This document shows positions 61,716-64,000 of a stretch of 64,000 nt of DNA, in pieces. The stretch comes from Owenia fusiformis (Eukaryota). The translations under genes and the position numbers were made by a program. The notes below the pieces were generated by a model, which saw only the letters and a list, made by a program, of their open reading frames with translations, did not search any database and had not been told where the DNA came from. Position 1 is the first letter of the stretch. Each line of letters begins with the position of its first letter. The DNA is taken from positions 48,980,001 through 49,044,000 of the forward strand of contig CAIIXF020000001.1 in assembly GCA_903813345.2 (NCBI GenBank). Direction: 5' to 3'.

Positions 61716-63698
61716 CAGGCCCGTAAGACACTTTTCTCCAAGGGGGGTGCGGTTTTAACTAGAGAAAATAAAATTGTCAATTTTTTGCCGCGTAAATCAA
61801 ATTGCGTAAGTCAAAGGGGGGGGGGGGGTCGGTTACTCCCTATATTTTGTAGTATTTTATTGTTTTCGTATTGTTTTTAGACTAAATATTGTATGAGCAA
61901 TTTGGAGAAATACTGGAATAGGGGGAGGGTGTACTAGAAGGGCATAAATGCCCGAGAACTTTTACCAGTTCAAGATCACATTCAGTGATTTCTTGATCCT
62001 TTCAAGGTGTTTTAATTGAAACAGAATCTAATTATAAGAAATTCAGATTTTTTCAATCATTTTCTTCTTAGGGGGGCAGCAAGGAAAATTTTACAAATTC
62101 AAGATGCTGTCTGGTTAATTCTGAGCACTTTTAATGTGTTTGAGTAAATGAATGCTTTTGTTTTTGGGGTTGGCTGCCAGAAATTTTTATGTTTTTATGA
62201 TTTCATTATGTCACTTGGTGACTTCTAGGCACTTTAAAGCGTTTAAAATTAACAAATGCAACTTCCAAACTTGTGAGGAGTGACCCACTCCCCTTAGAAA
62301 ATTTTACACTTTTGAGATGCCATTTGGTGCTTTCTGGGCACTTTTAAAGTGAATGAGTCGTCGATAAAACAAATTTCAAATTCTTTTTGGGGATGTCAAA
62401 GAGAATGAAAGGGTGAAGTGGGGTGGAGTGTCAGAGGGGGAGCATTAAGGGGTTGTTCCCAAGAAACAGTGACCATATCAAGGTGCCATTTGATGATGTC
62501 TGGGCACTTTAAAAATGTCTGAGACAATACATGAAATTCAGAATTTTTTCAATTGTTTTGTGGGGGATGTGAGGGGTGGTCAACTCTCCTAGAAAATTTT
62601 ACAATTTTAAGATGATATTTGGTGCTTCTAGGCACTTTTAAAGTGTATGAGTCAATCGAAAAAAAAAGAAAAACAATTACATTTTTTCAATTTTTAGGGG
62701 TGTCAAAGGGGGATGCCAGAGGGGGAGGTGAGATTAGGGTGCCAGAGGGCCAGCAAATGTTTTTCCCCAATATCTGTCCCCAGAAACATTGACCATATCA
62801 AGGTGCTAGTTGATGAGGTCTGGGCACTTTAAAAGTGTCTGAGACAATGCATGAAATAAATTCAGAATTTTTTGTGGGGGATGGGAGGGGTGGCCTACTT
62901 CCCTGGAAAATTTTACAATTTTAAGATGCTATTTGGTGCTTTCTGAACACTTTCGAAGTGTATCACTCAACAAAAAATTTGAAAAATCACAATATTTTGG
63001 GGGTTGTCAAAGGGGGAGGGGGTGCCAGAGGGGCAGGTGGGGTGGGGATGCAAGAGGGCGAGTAAGTGTTAGTCTCCCAGAATCATTGACTATATCAAGG
63101 TGCTATTTGATGATGTCTGGGCACTTTACATGTGTCTGAGATGATGCATAAAATAAATTCAGAACTTTTCAATTTTGCTTTGGGTGTGAGGGCCGACTCC
63201 CCCTAGAAAGTTTTACAATTTTAAAACGCTATTTAGTGCTCTCTGGGCACTTTCAAAGTGTATGAGTCAATTAAAAATTTGAGAAAATCACAATTTTTTG
63301 GAGGGGTGTCCAGGGGGCGAGGCCGAGGGTGCCAGAGGGGGAGGTGGGGTGGGGTGGGGATCCCGAAGGGGAGCAAGTGTTTGTCCCCCACCAGAAACAT
63401 TGACTATATCAAGGAGCTATGTTATGAAGTCTGGGCACTTGGGCACTTTAAAAGTGTCTGAGACAATACATAAAATAAATTCAGAACTTTTCCATTGTAT
63501 TGAGGGGGTGTGAGGGGTGACCCACTCCCTCTAGAAAATTTTACAATTTTAAGATGCTATTTGATGCTTTCTGGGCACTCTAAAAGTGTATGAGATGATG
63601 AAAAATAATTACAAAAAAAATATTTTTCAACATTTTTTTGGGGGGTGTCAAAGGGGGGTGCGGTCGCACCCATCGCACCCCCCCATCTGACGGGCCTG
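61716..63698. mobile_element. Non-autonomous element with 5-bp TSD and about 300-bp internal tandem repeats
   Basis: CACAC|CAGGCCCGTAAGA ... TCTGACGGGCCTG|CACAC. Repeated AGAAAATTTTACAATTTTAAGATGCTATTTGGTGC..GGGCACTTT units. Confidence 0.8.
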
Positions 63699-64000
63699 CA
63701 CACATGTAGGCATAACATCATCTAATGTAGGCTTAAATCGGCTTGTTGAACGTGTAGCACCACCAAGTTGGGACATTTCAATTTGCCTAACAAGTACAAC
63801 AAATTTGTTAGAGATAGATTCCATTCCAAACTCTTCTGTAATAATCTGAAAATAATATCAAAACAAAATGGTGACAGCGTATCTAAAATTGTGTCCATAA
63901 TCTAAGGAGCATTTCGAGGAAAACAAGCGATTTCTCGAGAACAAGTAATGGATTTGAACTGAGATTTTAGCAAATGAGAATATATGAGTTTGTGATCTAC

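Noticed and set aside
59641..64000. First coding exon of PUSL1 (expected Y-x-G-T-x-F/Y motif, phase-2 donor)
   Set aside because: No convincing match found. It is probably beyond the window or too diverged to see by eye.

Overview
AT-rich, intron-rich animal genomic DNA. The repeat types suggest a marine invertebrate, probably a mollusc (inference only). Two protein-coding genes converge tail to tail. The first is a 22-exon FCHo/muniscin gene on + (14570-45971; F-BAR, AP-2 activator linker, mu-homology domain). The second is a TruA-family pseudouridine synthase, PUSL1-like, on - (seven exons, 59640-53487; first coding exon not found). Mobile DNA is abundant: a 5'-truncated but uninterrupted CR1-group LINE in FCHo intron 1, an intron-containing mariner 18 bp after the PUSL1 stop codon, a decayed mariner, six Helentron-associated (HINE-like) elements, TTAA-flanked foldbacks, three elements with 5-bp TSDs, double-hairpin elements and several tandem arrays. 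The most unusual observations are: (1) a 9 x 54-bp array that multiplies the FCHo exon-4 splice acceptor in frame and without stops; (2) the spliced mariner transposase lacking its third catalytic Asp in the PUSL1 3' UTR; (3) a local duplication that preserves both the empty and the LINE-filled site. All calls come from manual reading and recalled family motifs; no database search was run. No tRNA, rRNA or CRISPR array was seen.
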